64,000 bases of DNA from an uncultured Acidimicrobiaceae bacterium (GTDB lineage: Bacteria; Actinomycetota; Acidimicrobiia; Acidimicrobiales; RAAP-2). Below are positions 18,769 through 28,725 of the stretch, piece after piece (position 1 is the stretch's first letter; every line of letters begins with the position of its first letter). The stretch spans positions 6,609-70,608 of the forward strand of contig CAWGOJ010000004.1 of NCBI GenBank assembly GCA_963824195.1. Direction: 5' to 3'. The position numbers and the translations under genes are program-made. A model generated the notes under the pieces. That model searched no databases and was not told the origin of the DNA. It saw only the letters and a list, made by a program, of their open reading frames with translations.

Positions 18769-20790
18769 TCAGCCGCTGCTGCGGGCGAGGAGCGCCCGCG
18801 CCCGCTCGACCACGTGGTCGGCGGTGAACCCGAACTTCTCCATCACGACCGAGCCCGGGGCGGACGCGCCGAAGTGGTCCAGGCCGATGGAGTCGTCGGC
18901 GTAGCGCTCCCAGCCCAAGGTCGAGCCGGCCTCGATGCTCAGGACGGGCACCCCGGGCGGGAAGACGCCGGCGCGGTAGTCCTCGACCTGCTGCTCGAAG
19001 CGGTCCCACGAGGGGAACGACACCACCCGCACCCGCACGCCCGAGCCGCCCAGGGTGGTGGCCGCGGCCAGGCAGTGCTGGACCTCGCTGCCGGTGCCGA
19101 CGAGGACGATCTCGGGCGGCCCGTCGCTGTCGACGAGGACGTAGGCGCCCCGCGCCACGCCCTCGGCCGCCCGGCCGGCCGTCTCGGCGAGCACGGGGAT
19201 GTCCTGGCGGGTGAGCACCAGGCCAACCGGGCCGTCCGCCTCCACGGCCAGCCGCCAGGCCTGCGCCGTCTCGTTGGCGTCGGCCGGGCGCACGATGCTC
19301 AGGCCCGGCATGGCCCGCAGGGAGGCCAGCTGCTCCACCGGCTGGTGCGTGGGGCCGTCCTCACCCAGGCCGATGGAGTCGTGGGTCCACGAGTAGATGA
19401 CATGGCAACCGGTGAGCGCGGCGAGGCGGACCGAGGGGCGCATGTAGTCGGAGAAGTTGAAGAAGGTGCCGCCAACCGGCAGGACGCCGCGGTGCTGGGC
19501 CATGCCGTTCATGGCCGACCCCATGCCGTGCTCCCGGATCCCGTAGTGGACCTGGATCCCGCCGGGCGTCTGGCGGGACTGCATCTCGGCGCCCTTGACC
19601 TTCACGCCGTTGTTGCCCGTCAGGTCCGCCGAGCCGGCCAGCAGGCCCGGCAGCTTCTCCACGGTGGCGTCGATGCACTGGTTGATGGCGTGACGGGTGG
19701 CCAGCTTGGTGCCGGCTTCGAAGCCCGGCAGGTCGTCGGCCCAACCCGGCAATCCGTGCCCGGCCTGCGCGGCATCCCAGGCGGCGCGGTCGCCCTTCCA
19801 GGCCGCGAAGCGGTCCGTCCAGGCCGCGTGGAGCTCGGCACCCCGCGCGACCTGCTGGCCGTAGAACTGGCGCACCTCGTCGGGGACCCAGAACGTCTCG
19901 TCCGGCGGGAGCCCCAGGATCTTCTTCGTCTCCCTGATCTCCTCGTCCCCGAAGGGGGAGCCGTGGGCGGTCGCCGTGTCGGTCAGGTGGGGCGAGGGCC
20001 ACCCGATGTGGCTGCGCAGCACGAGCAGGTTCGGCTTGGCGTCGGGCCCGTCCGCGGGCTCGTCGAGCGCCTGGCGGATGGCTGCCTCCAGCCCGTCGAC
20101 ATCGTTGGCCATCTCGCCGAGGTTGCGCACGCGCCAGCCGTAGGCCTCGAAGCGCTCGGGCACATTGTCGTCGTAGGCCAGCTCGGTCGGCCCGTCGATC
20201 GTGATGTGGTTGTCGTCGTAGAAGGCGAGCAGCCGCCCCAGGCCCAGGTGCCCGGCCAGCGATGCCGCCTCGTGCGAGATGCCCTCCATGAAGCAGCCGT
20301 CGCCCGCGATGACGAAGGTGCGATGGTCGCACACTTCGGGGCCGAACGTGGTGCGCAGCCAGCGCTCCGCGATCGCCATGCCCACAGCGTTGCCGACACC
20401 CTGGCCCAGTGGCCCGGTGGTGACGTCGATACCCGCAGTGTGGCCGGCCTCGGGATGCCCGGGTGTCCGGCTGCCCCACTGGCGGAACTGGCGCAAGTCC
20501 TCCAGGGAGAGGTCGTACCCGGTCAGGTGCAGCATGGAGTACTGCAGGATGCAGGCGTGCCCGTTGGAGAGCACGAAGCGGTCGCGGTCTGGCCACTCCG
20601 GGTCGCGCGGGTCGTAGTGCATGATCCTCGTCCAGAGGACGTGGGCCAGGGGAGCGAGGGCCATGGCGGTGCCCGAGTGCCCCGAGTTGGCCGCCTCCGG
20701 CGCGTCCATGGCCAGGCCACGGATGACGTTGATGCCCAACTCGACCAGCGTGGGGTCCTCTGCGACGGGAGTCGAGGTGTGCAACGTCAC
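18769..20790 (-). CDS. tkt: transketolase
   Basis: 673 aa with SGHSGTAMALAP, the ThDP motif GDGCFMEGISHEA, and HDSIGLGEDGPTHQPVE. Confidence 0.95.
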   Translation of the reverse strand: MTLHTSTPVAEDPTLVELGINVIRGLAMDAPEAANSGHSGTAMALAPLAHVLWTRIMHYDPRDPEWPDRDRFVLSNGHACILQYSMLHLTGYDLSLEDLRQFRQWGSRTPGHPEAGHTAGIDVTTGPLGQGVGNAVGMAIAERWLRTTFGPEVCDHRTFVIAGDGCFMEGISHEAASLAGHLGLGRLLAFYDDNHITIDGPTELAYDDNVPERFEAYGWRVRNLGEMANDVDGLEAAIRQALDEPADGPDAKPNLLVLRSHIGWPSPHLTDTATAHGSPFGDEEIRETKKILGLPPDETFWVPDEVRQFYGQQVARGAELHAAWTDRFAAWKGDRAAWDAAQAGHGLPGWADDLPGFEAGTKLATRHAINQCIDATVEKLPGLLAGSADLTGNNGVKVKGAEMQSRQTPGGIQVHYGIREHGMGSAMNGMAQHRGVLPVGGTFFNFSDYMRPSVRLAALTGCHVIYSWTHDSIGLGEDGPTHQPVEQLASLRAMPGLSIVRPADANETAQAWRLAVEADGPVGLVLTRQDIPVLAETAGRAAEGVARGAYVLVDSDGPPEIVLVGTGSEVQHCLAAATTLGGSGVRVRVVSFPSWDRFEQQVEDYRAGVFPPGVPVLSIEAGSTLGWERYADDSIGLDHFGASAPGSVVMEKFGFTADHVVERARALLARSSG

Positions 20791-20852
20791 GTGGTCAACC
20801 CTAACCGTCCGTTCCGGCCCCTCGACAGGGCCGTCGCGTACTCTTCACGTTC

Positions 20853-21269
20853 ATGGCTTCCCGTATGCAGGTGCCGCCGAACAGTGACCTCACGCTGGGC
20901 ATGACCTGCGTGGACAAGGCAACGCCGGGCCGCTGCACCTGGCGCATGACGGCCGACGAGCGCTTCGCCAACCCCGCCGGGATCATGCAGGGCGGCTTCC
21001 TGGCAGCTTTCGCCGACTCGGCCATGGGCGCCGCCGCCGTCACGTTCGTGGAGGAGCGCCGGGTCTTCGCCTCCAACGCGGAAATGAAGATCAGCTTCCT
21101 GGGGCCCGTCCCGCCCGGGGCCGACCTGCGCTGCACCGCCGAGGTGGTCTCGGGCGGTCGCCGCGTGGCCTTCGTGGAGGCCGGCGTCGTGGCCCGGGAG
21201 CCCGGTTCCGGGAGCGAGCGGCTCGTGGCCCGGGCGTCGTCGACCTACATGTTCAAGGACCGCGACTGA
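20853..21269 (+). CDS. PaaI family (hotdog fold) thioesterase
   Basis: 138 aa with the motif NPAGIMQGGFLAAFADSAMG and a length typical of PaaI/YbgC-like hotdog proteins. Confidence 0.78.
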   Translation: MASRMQVPPNSDLTLGMTCVDKATPGRCTWRMTADERFANPAGIMQGGFLAAFADSAMGAAAVTFVEERRVFASNAEMKISFLGPVPPGADLRCTAEVVSGGRRVAFVEAGVVAREPGSGSERLVARASSTYMFKDRD

Positions 21270-21327
21270 CGCGTCTCCCCGGCGGTGTTTGCACACCGTC
21301 GGCTCACCGACCAGGATTGTCGGCCAC

Positions 21328-21720
21328 ATGGCACCACAGTCAGACAACGGCACCCGCGGACTGCGCCACGCCGGAGACGACGCCTTCCAGCTCACCGTCG
21401 ACTACCTGAAGCAGGAGACCGTCGAGCCGCTCAAGGGGCTCGGACGCTTCCTCTACATGGGGATCGCAGGCTCGTTCTTCTTGGCCGGGGGCATCCTGCT
21501 GATCCTCATCGGTATCCTGCGGCTGCTGCAGACCGAGACCGGTACCGCCTTGAGCGGTGACTGGTCCTGGGTGCCCTACGCCGTGGTGGTCCTGCTCGGG
21601 ATCGCGGTCATCGGCGTGGCCGCCTGGCGCATCACCGCCGGGCCGGGAGAGCAGAAGCTGCCCGAGGTGGTGGCCCGCCGCGACGCGAGAGAGACTGAGA
21701 TACAGGAGGGAGCGAGCTGA
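21328..21720 (+). CDS. small integral membrane protein (holin-X-like topology)
   Basis: Two clear hydrophobic helices (FLYMGIAGSFFLAGGILLILIGILRLL and VPYAVVVLLGIAVIGVAAW). ATG 21328 is preferred over TTG 21289. Function was not recognised. Confidence 0.55.
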   Translation: MAPQSDNGTRGLRHAGDDAFQLTVDYLKQETVEPLKGLGRFLYMGIAGSFFLAGGILLILIGILRLLQTETGTALSGDWSWVPYAVVVLLGIAVIGVAAWRITAGPGEQKLPEVVARRDARETEIQEGAS

Positions 21721-21953
21721 TGCCAGGCACGACGACGAAGGCGGGAAGCAATGGGCGGCTCATCACCCGCGAGGACCTGCAGGCTGCCTACGCACAGGTG
21801 ATGGGCGAGGGCGAGGCCACGGCGCGTGCCGCCGCGCCCCGAGGCCTCGCCGTTGCAGGCGCCATCGGCATCCTGGTGATCGCGCTGGCCTTCCTGGCCG
21901 GCCGCCGCCGCGGCCGGGCCAAGTCGGCCGTCGTCGAGATCCGGCGGCTCTGA
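21720..21953 (+). CDS. small membrane-anchored hypothetical protein
   Basis: The ATG overlaps the upstream stop (TGATG). Has one C-terminal TM helix (LAVAGAIGILVIALAFLAG) followed by a basic stretch. Confidence 0.45.
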   Translation: MPGTTTKAGSNGRLITREDLQAAYAQVMGEGEATARAAAPRGLAVAGAIGILVIALAFLAGRRRGRAKSAVVEIRRL

Positions 21954-21954
21954 C

Positions 21955-22170
21955 ATGGACGTGCTCCTGCGGCGCTTCCTGCGCGCCGGGGTCCGCCGTG
22001 GGCTGGCCGGGAACTGGTACTGGTTCCTGCTGGCCGGCGCCACCTTCTTCCTGCGCCGGGTCCTGAACGACCGGAGCAGCGTCGTCTCGAGTGTGACGAT
22101 CTCCCCGGGCGAGCAGGTGCTCATCACGGTGCGCGACCGCCACGCCGCGCCGGCCGCCGTCGAAGCCTGA
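21955..22170 (+). CDS. small hypothetical protein with one hydrophobic segment
   Basis: 71 aa, packed tightly 1 nt after the previous stop. The WYWFLLAGATFFL segment is hydrophobic. No family was recognised. Confidence 0.4.
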   Translation: MDVLLRRFLRAGVRRGLAGNWYWFLLAGATFFLRRVLNDRSSVVSSVTISPGEQVLITVRDRHAAPAAVEA

Positions 22171-22175
22171 CGCCC

Positions 22176-22949
22176 GTGCCGGGTCCCCTCGCGGCAGGGG
22201 AGCGGGTGCTGCTCATCGACCCCAAGGAGCGCCGCTACCTCCTGACGCTCGTAGCGGGAGCGACCTTCCACACCCATGCCGGCATCCTCGCCCACGACGA
22301 CGTCATCGGGGCCACCGAGGGCTGCACCGTCACCGGATCCACCGGGCGCTCGTTCCTCGCGCTGCGCCCCACCCTGAGCGACGTCGTCCTCAAGATGCCC
22401 CGGGGCGCGCAGGTCATCTACCCCAAGGACCTGGGCGCCATCCTGATCGCGGCGGACATCGCGCCGGGCCAGCGCGTGCTCGAGGCGGGCGTGGGCTCGG
22501 GCGCCCTGTCCATGACCGTGCTGCGTGCCGGGGCGTCCATCGTGGGGTACGAGCTGCGCGAGGACTTCGCCGAGCGAGCCCAGGCCAACGTCGCGGCGGC
22601 CCTGGGGCCCGACGCTCCCTACCGCGTCGAGATCCGCGACGTGACCGAGGGGATCGACGAGACCGACCTCGACCGGATCCTGCTCGACATGCCCGAGCCC
22701 CACAAGGTGGTGCCGGCGGCGGCCGCGGCCCTGCGCCCGGGCGGGATCCTCCTGGCCTACCTGCCCACCATCAATCAGACCGTGCTCCTGCGGCAGGCGC
22801 TCGACGACCCCGGGGCACCGTTCGGCCTCGCCGAGACGCAGGAGATCATGCGGCGCACCTGGCACGTCGAGGCGCGCTCGGTCCGCCCCGACCACCGCAT
22901 GGTGGGCCACACGGGCTTCCTCACCAGCGCACGGCGCCTGGAGAGTTGA
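22176..22949 (+). CDS. trmI: tRNA (adenine(58)-N(1))-methyltransferase
   Basis: 257 aa with the SAM motif VLEAGVGSGALS, the GCD14/TrmI-type N-terminal beta domain, and a C-terminus HTGFLTSARRL. This gene is also adjacent to the proteasome locus in mycobacteria. Confidence 0.85.
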   Translation: MPGPLAAGERVLLIDPKERRYLLTLVAGATFHTHAGILAHDDVIGATEGCTVTGSTGRSFLALRPTLSDVVLKMPRGAQVIYPKDLGAILIAADIAPGQRVLEAGVGSGALSMTVLRAGASIVGYELREDFAERAQANVAAALGPDAPYRVEIRDVTEGIDETDLDRILLDMPEPHKVVPAAAAALRPGGILLAYLPTINQTVLLRQALDDPGAPFGLAETQEIMRRTWHVEARSVRPDHRMVGHTGFLTSARRLES

Positions 22950-23293
22950 ACGTGGACGAGGGTGTCCGGGACTACATCGATGCGATCGCCGCGGAGCAGC
23001 GTCCGCTCTTCGACCGGTTCCACCGGATCGTCCTCGCCGAGCATCCCGACGCCGTGGTCGCACTGTCCTACGGCATGCCGGCGTACCGCGTGGGCGGCCG
23101 TCGGCTCAACCTCGGCGTGTGGAAGCACGGTGTCTCCGTCTACGGCTGGCGGGCCGACCGGGACGGGGGGTTCGTCGCCCGGCATCCCGGGCTGTCGAGC
23201 GGGAAGGGGACGATCAGGATCCGGGCGAAGGACGCCGAGGGGATCTCCGACGAGGAGCTGCGGGCGCTGCTGGGCGGCGCGCTCGAGCCCTGA
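22946..23293 (+). CDS. DUF1801 (YdhG-like) domain protein
   Basis: 115 aa with the pattern VRDYIDAI...RPLFDRFHRIVLAEHPDAV..LSYGMPAY, typical of DUF1801. The start overlaps the trmI stop. Confidence 0.68.
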   Translation: MNVDEGVRDYIDAIAAEQRPLFDRFHRIVLAEHPDAVVALSYGMPAYRVGGRRLNLGVWKHGVSVYGWRADRDGGFVARHPGLSSGKGTIRIRAKDAEGISDEELRALLGGALEP

Positions 23294-23302
23294 TGCGCAG
23301 GG

Positions 23303-23539
23303 TCAGTCCCGCTCGATGAAGATGCACTCGCCGGGGCACTCCTCGGAGGCCTCGACGACCGCGTCCTCCAGCTCCCCGGGGACGGCGGCCATCCCGGCCG
23401 AGCCGCCGGGGTCGCTCTTGACGTCGCCTTCTTCCTTCACATAGGCCAGGCCGTCGTCGAGGAGGGTGAACACGGCCGGTGCGATCTCTTCGCAAAGGCC
23501 ATCGCCCGTGCAGAGATCCTGGTCGATCCAGACCTTCAT
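23303..23539 (-). CDS. ferredoxin (single-cluster actinobacterial type)
   Basis: 78 aa. Has the cluster ligands CTGDGLC near the N-terminus and CPGEC near the C-terminus. Confidence 0.85.
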   Translation of the reverse strand: MKVWIDQDLCTGDGLCEEIAPAVFTLLDDGLAYVKEEGDVKSDPGGSAGMAAVPGELEDAVVEASEECPGECIFIERD

Positions 23540-23727
23540 TTACGTGTCTCTCCCTTGTCGAAGCCGCCCGACGGGCCACGAGGACCGTAGTGAGGCGTCC
23601 CGCGGGCCGTCAATCTCGCCCCGCAGGCCCCCCCATGGTAACTGTCCGGGCCCACCGAACCGGCGCATCCGGGGAGCATCCGGGTTGCTGGCAAGACCCG
23701 CCGAGGCGAGGGCTAGGGTGACATGCA

Positions 23728-25476
23728 GTGACCGCGACTCCCGACGAAGCCGCTGCTCAGCTCGAGGCGCTGCGCGCCGAGCTGGCAGATGCCGAGGATG
23801 AGATCCACGCGCTCCGTCGGCGTCTCCAGGAGAGCCCGGGCCGGGTCCAGGCCCTCGAGGAGCGGCTCCTCGAATCCAAGGGCCAGCTGGCCCAGGCCAC
23901 GTCGCAGAACGAGAAGCTGACCTTCACGCTCCAGCAGGCCAAGGAGCAACTGGCTGCGCTGCGTGAGGAAGTCGAGAAGCTGACCCAGCCCCCAGCGGCC
24001 TACGGGACGTTCCTCGGAGTCAACGACGACGGCACCGTCGACGTCTTCTCGAGCGGCCGCAAGATGCGGGTGAGCCTGCATCCCGACATCGACCCGGGCC
24101 AGATCCACAAGGGGAACGAAGTCGTCCTCAACGAGAGCCTCAACGTCGTCCTCGTGCGGGACGGGGAGTTCTCCGGCGAGGTGGTCACCTTGAAGGAGCA
24201 GCTCGAGGACCGGCGCCGCTGCGTCATCTACGCCCGGGCCGACGAGGAGCGGGTCGCCGAGCTCTCCGAGGACATGATGGGGGTGAAGCTCCGCGCCGGC
24301 GACTCACTGCTGATGGACGCGCGCACGCAGCTCCTCATAGAGAAGTTGCCCAAGCTCGAGAGCGAGGAGCTCGTCCTCGAGGAAGTGCCCGACATCACCT
24401 ACGCCGACGTCGGTGGGCTCGATTCGCAGATAGAGGCCATCACCGACGCCGTCGAGTTGCCCTACATGCACCGCGACCTGTTCGTCGAGTACTCGCTGCC
24501 CGCCCCCAAGGGGATCCTCCTCTACGGCCCGCCGGGGTGCGGCAAGACCCTCATCGCCAAGGCGGTGGCCAACTCCCTGGCCAAGAAGGTGGCCCTGAAG
24601 ACGGGCAACGACAACGTGCGCAGCTTCTTCCTCAACATCAAGGGTCCGGAGCTGCTGAACAAGTATGTCGGCGAGACCGAGCGCCAGATCCGACAGGTCT
24701 TCCAGCGCGCCCGTGAGAAGGCCGACGAGGGCATGCCGGTGATCGTCTTCTTCGACGAGATGGAGTCCCTCTTTCGCACCCGGGGCACCGGCATCAGCTC
24801 CGACATGGAGTCGACCATCGTGCCCCAGCTCCTGGCCGAGATCGACGGCGTCGAGTCCCTACGCGACGTCATCGTCATCGGCGCCTCCAACCGCGAGGAC
24901 CTCATCGACCCGGCCATCCTGCGCCCCGGCCGCCTCGACGTGAAGATCAAGATCGAGCGCCCCGACGAGGAGGCCGCCGGTCAGATCTTCAGCCGCTACC
25001 TCACGCCCGATCTGCCCCTCGACACCGAGGAGGTCCGCCGCCTCGGTGGGGGCGACACCCACAAGGCGGTGCAGGCGATGATCGAGCAGACCGTCGCCGA
25101 GATGTACCGGGAGGACGACGAGAACCGCTTCCTGGAGGTCACCTACCAGAACGGCGACAAGGAGATCCTGTACTACCGCGACTTCGCGTCCGGCGCCATG
25201 ATCGAGAACATCGTGCGCCGGGCCAAGAAGCTGGCGATCAAGCGTGTCATCGCGGGGGAGTCGGGCGGCATCCGGACGGCGGACATGTTCGAGTCGATCC
25301 GCCAGGAGTACAAGGAGAACGAGGACCTGCCCAACACGACGAATCCGGACGACTGGGCCCGGATCTCCGGAAAGAAGGGCGAGCGCATCGTCTACGTCCG
25401 CACGCTGCTCAGCGAGGACCGCGAGGTGCACGGGGGCCGTTCGATCGAGCGGGTCGGTACCGGCCAGTACCTGTAG
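23728..25476 (+). CDS. arc: proteasome-associated AAA ATPase (ARC/Mpa)
   Basis: 582 aa with an N-terminal coiled coil and OB domains. Walker A is GPPGCGKT and Walker B is [10 protein letters not shown]. It ends with the proteasome-docking GQYL motif. Confidence 0.95.
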   Translation: MTATPDEAAAQLEALRAELADAEDEIHALRRRLQESPGRVQALEERLLESKGQLAQATSQNEKLTFTLQQAKEQLAALREEVEKLTQPPAAYGTFLGVNDDGTVDVFSSGRKMRVSLHPDIDPGQIHKGNEVVLNESLNVVLVRDGEFSGEVVTLKEQLEDRRRCVIYARADEERVAELSEDMMGVKLRAGDSLLMDARTQLLIEKLPKLESEELVLEEVPDITYADVGGLDSQIEAITDAVELPYMHRDLFVEYSLPAPKGILLYGPPGCGKTLIAKAVANSLAKKVALKTGNDNVRSFFLNIKGPELLNKYVGETERQIRQVFQRAREKADEGMPVIVFFDEMESLFRTRGTGISSDMESTIVPQLLAEIDGVESLRDVIVIGASNREDLIDPAILRPGRLDVKIKIERPDEEAAGQIFSRYLTPDLPLDTEEVRRLGGGDTHKAVQAMIEQTVAEMYREDDENRFLEVTYQNGDKEILYYRDFASGAMIENIVRRAKKLAIKRVIAGESGGIRTADMFESIRQEYKENEDLPNTTNPDDWARISGKKGERIVYVRTLLSEDREVHGGRSIERVGTGQYL

Positions 25477-25492
25477 AAGTTAGGGTCGTGCC

Positions 25493-26986
25493 GTGGCCAC
25501 CACGAAGGTCTGCGGCATAGAGACCGAGTACGGGATTCAGACGCCGGGCCCCGAGCAGAACCCCATCGCGGCGTCCTCGGTCCTGGTCAACGCCTATGCC
25601 GCCGACGTCGAGCAGCAGATCGGCTGGGACTTCGAGGACGAAACGCCCGGCAACGACGCCCGCGGCTTCGCGCGTGAGGGGTCACTGGCCCCGATGGTGG
25701 AGACCCATCTGGCCAACACGGTGCTCACCAACGGTGCCCGCTTCTACGTGGACCACGCCCATCCGGAGTACTCGAGTCCCGAGTGCCTGACACCGCTGGA
25801 GTGCCTCGTCTACGACAAGGCCGGCGAGGAGGTGCTGCGCCGCGCCATGGTGGCGGCGTCGCTGCGCATTCCCGATCAGCCTGCCCCCGTCGTCTACAAG
25901 AACAACTCCGACGGGAAGGGCAACTCCTACGGCTGCCACGAAAACTACATGATGGACCGCGCGGTGCCCTTCGCCAGAGTGATCGAGGGCGTGGTGCCGC
26001 ACTTCGTGTCCCGCACGCTCTTCACCGGATCGGGCAAGGTGGGCACCGAGACCCCGGCCTTGGACTCCGAGACCGTCGAGTACCAGATTTCACAGCGAGC
26101 CGAGTTCTTCGAGGAGATCGTCGGGCTGGAGACCACGCTCAAGCGCCCCATCGTCAACACGCGCGACGAGCCGCACGCCGACCCCAAGCGCTTCCGGCGC
26201 CTCCACGTGATCGTCGGCGATGCCAACCTCTCGGAGATCGCCACGTTCCTGAAGGTGGGCACGACAGCCATCGTGCTGGCCATGGTCGAGGACGAGGCCG
26301 GGCCGACCCGTGACCTCTCCCTCGGGGACCCCGTGCGCGCGCTGCACCAGGTCTCGGCGGACCTGTCGCTGACCCGGCCGCTGGCCCTGACCGACGGGTC
26401 GACCGCGACAGCGCTCGAGCTCCAGTGGGAGCTGTTCGGCGCCGCCCGCAAATACGCCGAGGAGTTCGGGCTGACCGCCCTGGGTGACGACGGGTCGGTG
26501 GGCGGACTCGTGATGGAGCACTGGGAGGCGGTCCTCGGTGGGCTCGAGTCCGACCCCGCGACGCTGGCCGACACGCTGGACTGGGTCGCCAAGCGGGAGC
26601 TTCTGCTCGCCTACCAGGACCGGCATTCGTGCGGGTGGAAGGACCCCCGGGTGGCTGCACTGGCATTGCAATATCACGACCTGCGGCCCGATAAGTCGGT
26701 CTTCCAGCGCCTCGGCATGCGCTCGCTCGTCGAGGCCTCCGAGTGGTCGACCGCCGTCGCCGAGCCGCCGACGGGCACCCGAGCCTGGTTCCGCGGCAAG
26801 TGCCTGGCCCGGTGGCCCGACGCCGTCGTGACCGCCAACTGGGATTCCCTCGTCTTCGACATCGGAGCGGACCCCTTGCGGCGCGTCCCTATGATGGACC
26901 CTCTGAAGGGAACAGCCGAGCATACGAGCGCGCTTCTGGCCCAGAGCACGGGTCCGGCGGACCTGCTCGATCGGCTCAACTCCTAG
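25493..26986 (+). CDS. dop: Pup deamidase/depupylase
   Basis: 497 aa in the Dop/PafA family ([25 protein letters not shown]). It lies between arc and pup, which is the Dop position. Confidence 0.92.
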   Translation: MATTKVCGIETEYGIQTPGPEQNPIAASSVLVNAYAADVEQQIGWDFEDETPGNDARGFAREGSLAPMVETHLANTVLTNGARFYVDHAHPEYSSPECLTPLECLVYDKAGEEVLRRAMVAASLRIPDQPAPVVYKNNSDGKGNSYGCHENYMMDRAVPFARVIEGVVPHFVSRTLFTGSGKVGTETPALDSETVEYQISQRAEFFEEIVGLETTLKRPIVNTRDEPHADPKRFRRLHVIVGDANLSEIATFLKVGTTAIVLAMVEDEAGPTRDLSLGDPVRALHQVSADLSLTRPLALTDGSTATALELQWELFGAARKYAEEFGLTALGDDGSVGGLVMEHWEAVLGGLESDPATLADTLDWVAKRELLLAYQDRHSCGWKDPRVAALALQYHDLRPDKSVFQRLGMRSLVEASEWSTAVAEPPTGTRAWFRGKCLARWPDAVVTANWDSLVFDIGADPLRRVPMMDPLKGTAEHTSALLAQSTGPADLLDRLNS

Positions 26987-27023
26987 GCGAAGACGTCGAA
27001 AGCACAGGACGAGGACAGTCACG

Positions 27024-27230
27024 ATGGCAGAACAGGAACAGAAGAAGAAGGGCTCGGGCGCCCGCAAGAGCGAGACCGAGACCGAGGTCGACGAGGCCAC
27101 CCCCGCGACCTCCGAGCGTGGCGAGAAGATCAAGGCCGAGCTGGACGACCTTCTCGACGAGATCGACGAGGTCCTGGAGGACAACGCCGAGGAGTTCGTG
27201 CGCAACTACGTGCAGAAGGGCGGGCAGTAG
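27024..27230 (+). CDS. pup: prokaryotic ubiquitin-like protein Pup
   Basis: 68 aa and acidic. The conserved helix is LDDLLDEIDEVLEDNAEEFVRNYVQKGGQ. It ends in GGQ, so Dop deamidation is required. Confidence 0.95.
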   Translation: MAEQEQKKKGSGARKSETETEVDEATPATSERGEKIKAELDDLLDEIDEVLEDNAEEFVRNYVQKGGQ

Positions 27231-27236
27231 CCCGCG

Positions 27237-28037
27237 GTGGCGCTCCCCTTCTTCCCCCCGGCGAGTGATCCGGGTCCGGACTTCGTCGGCCTCCTGCGCC
27301 TGACCTCGGGCCGGGCCGACGCACCGACGCGCGTGGAGAACGGCACGCCCATGCAGGTGCCCCACGGCACGACCGTGGTCGCGCTGCGCTACACCGATGG
27401 CGTCGTGATGGCGGGGGACCGACGCGCCACGGCGGGCAACATGATCGCCCACCACGCCATGGAGAAGGTCTTCCCCGCCGACCACCACTCGGCCGTCGCC
27501 ATTGCCGGGACGGCGGGCATGGCCATTGAGATGGTCCGCCTGTTCCAAGTCCAGCTCGAGCACTACGAGAAGGTCGAGGGCTCCATCCTCTCGCTGGAGG
27601 GCAAGGCGAACCAGCTCGCCCAGATGGTCCGCCAGCACCTACCCATGGCCATGCAGGGCCTCGCCGTCGTGCCGCTCTTCGCCGGCTACGACACGGCGCG
27701 CGGCCTGGGGCGGATCTTCAACTACGACGTCACGGGTGGCCACTACGAGGACACGGACTTCCAGGCCACCGGCTCGGGCGGGCGCGACGCGCGCAGCACC
27801 GTCAAGTTGGGTTGGCGCGAGGGGCTGAGCCGGGACGAGGCGCTCGACCTGGCCATCCAGTCGCTCTACGAAGCGGCCGACGAGGACTCCGCCACCGGCG
27901 GCCCGGACCCGGTGCGCGGCATTTACCCGATCATTGCCATCGTCGACGTGGACGGCTACCGCGAGGTGCCCGAGGACGAGGTGGCGGCGCGCTTCGGCGC
28001 CCTCATCGCCCGCAAGCAGGCGGAGCGTGCCCAATGA
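27237..28037 (+). CDS. prcB: 20S proteasome beta subunit
   Basis: 266 aa. The propeptide is followed by the catalytic Thr context HG/TTVVALRY. Confidence 0.93.
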   Translation: MALPFFPPASDPGPDFVGLLRLTSGRADAPTRVENGTPMQVPHGTTVVALRYTDGVVMAGDRRATAGNMIAHHAMEKVFPADHHSAVAIAGTAGMAIEMVRLFQVQLEHYEKVEGSILSLEGKANQLAQMVRQHLPMAMQGLAVVPLFAGYDTARGLGRIFNYDVTGGHYEDTDFQATGSGGRDARSTVKLGWREGLSRDEALDLAIQSLYEAADEDSATGGPDPVRGIYPIIAIVDVDGYREVPEDEVAARFGALIARKQAERAQ

Positions 28038-28705
28038 GCATGCCCTACTACGTCGCGCCGGAGCAGGTCATGAAGGACCGCGCGGAGTACGCCCAGAAGG
28101 GCATCGCGCGCGGTCGGTCACTCGTGGCGACCACCTACGACGTCGGCATCGCGATCGTGGCCGAGAACCCGTCGCGGTCGCTGCACAAGATCAGCGAGAT
28201 CTACGACCGCATCGCCTTCGGCGGGGTCGGCAAGTACAACGAGTACGACCAGCTCCGGGTCGCCGGCGTCCGCCACGCCGACACCAAGGGGTACGCGTAC
28301 AGTCGCGAGGACGTCGACGCCCGGTCGCTCGCCAATCTCTACGCCCAGTACCTGGGCAACGTCTTCACGCACGAGATGAAGCCGCTCGAGGTCGAGATCC
28401 TGGTGGCCGAGCTCGGCCACGTCGAGAACCAGCTGTACCACATCGCCTACGAGGGCACGATCACCGACGAAGACCGCTTCGCCGTGCTGGGCGGTGACGC
28501 GGAGACCATCACCGAACGCGTCGCCGCAGCCTGGCAGCCCGATTGGGACATGGCGGCGGCCATCAAGGCGGCCACGGCGGCACTGGCCGGCCCGGATCGG
28601 ACGCTGGCGGCGGATGACCTCGAAGTCGCCACCCTGAGCCGGGGAAACGGTCGACGCACCTTCCGGCGCATCGACGGGGAAGAGCTGGCACAACTGCTGG
28701 TATAG
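28034..28705 (+). CDS. prcA: 20S proteasome alpha subunit
   Basis: ATG 28034 overlaps the prcB stop (ATGA). The N-terminus [27 protein letters not shown] is typical of actinobacterial PrcA. Confidence 0.93.
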   Translation: MSMPYYVAPEQVMKDRAEYAQKGIARGRSLVATTYDVGIAIVAENPSRSLHKISEIYDRIAFGGVGKYNEYDQLRVAGVRHADTKGYAYSREDVDARSLANLYAQYLGNVFTHEMKPLEVEILVAELGHVENQLYHIAYEGTITDEDRFAVLGGDAETITERVAAAWQPDWDMAAAIKAATAALAGPDRTLAADDLEVATLSRGNGRRTFRRIDGEELAQLLV

Positions 28706-28725
28706 GCCGCAGTACGGTTGGCCTG

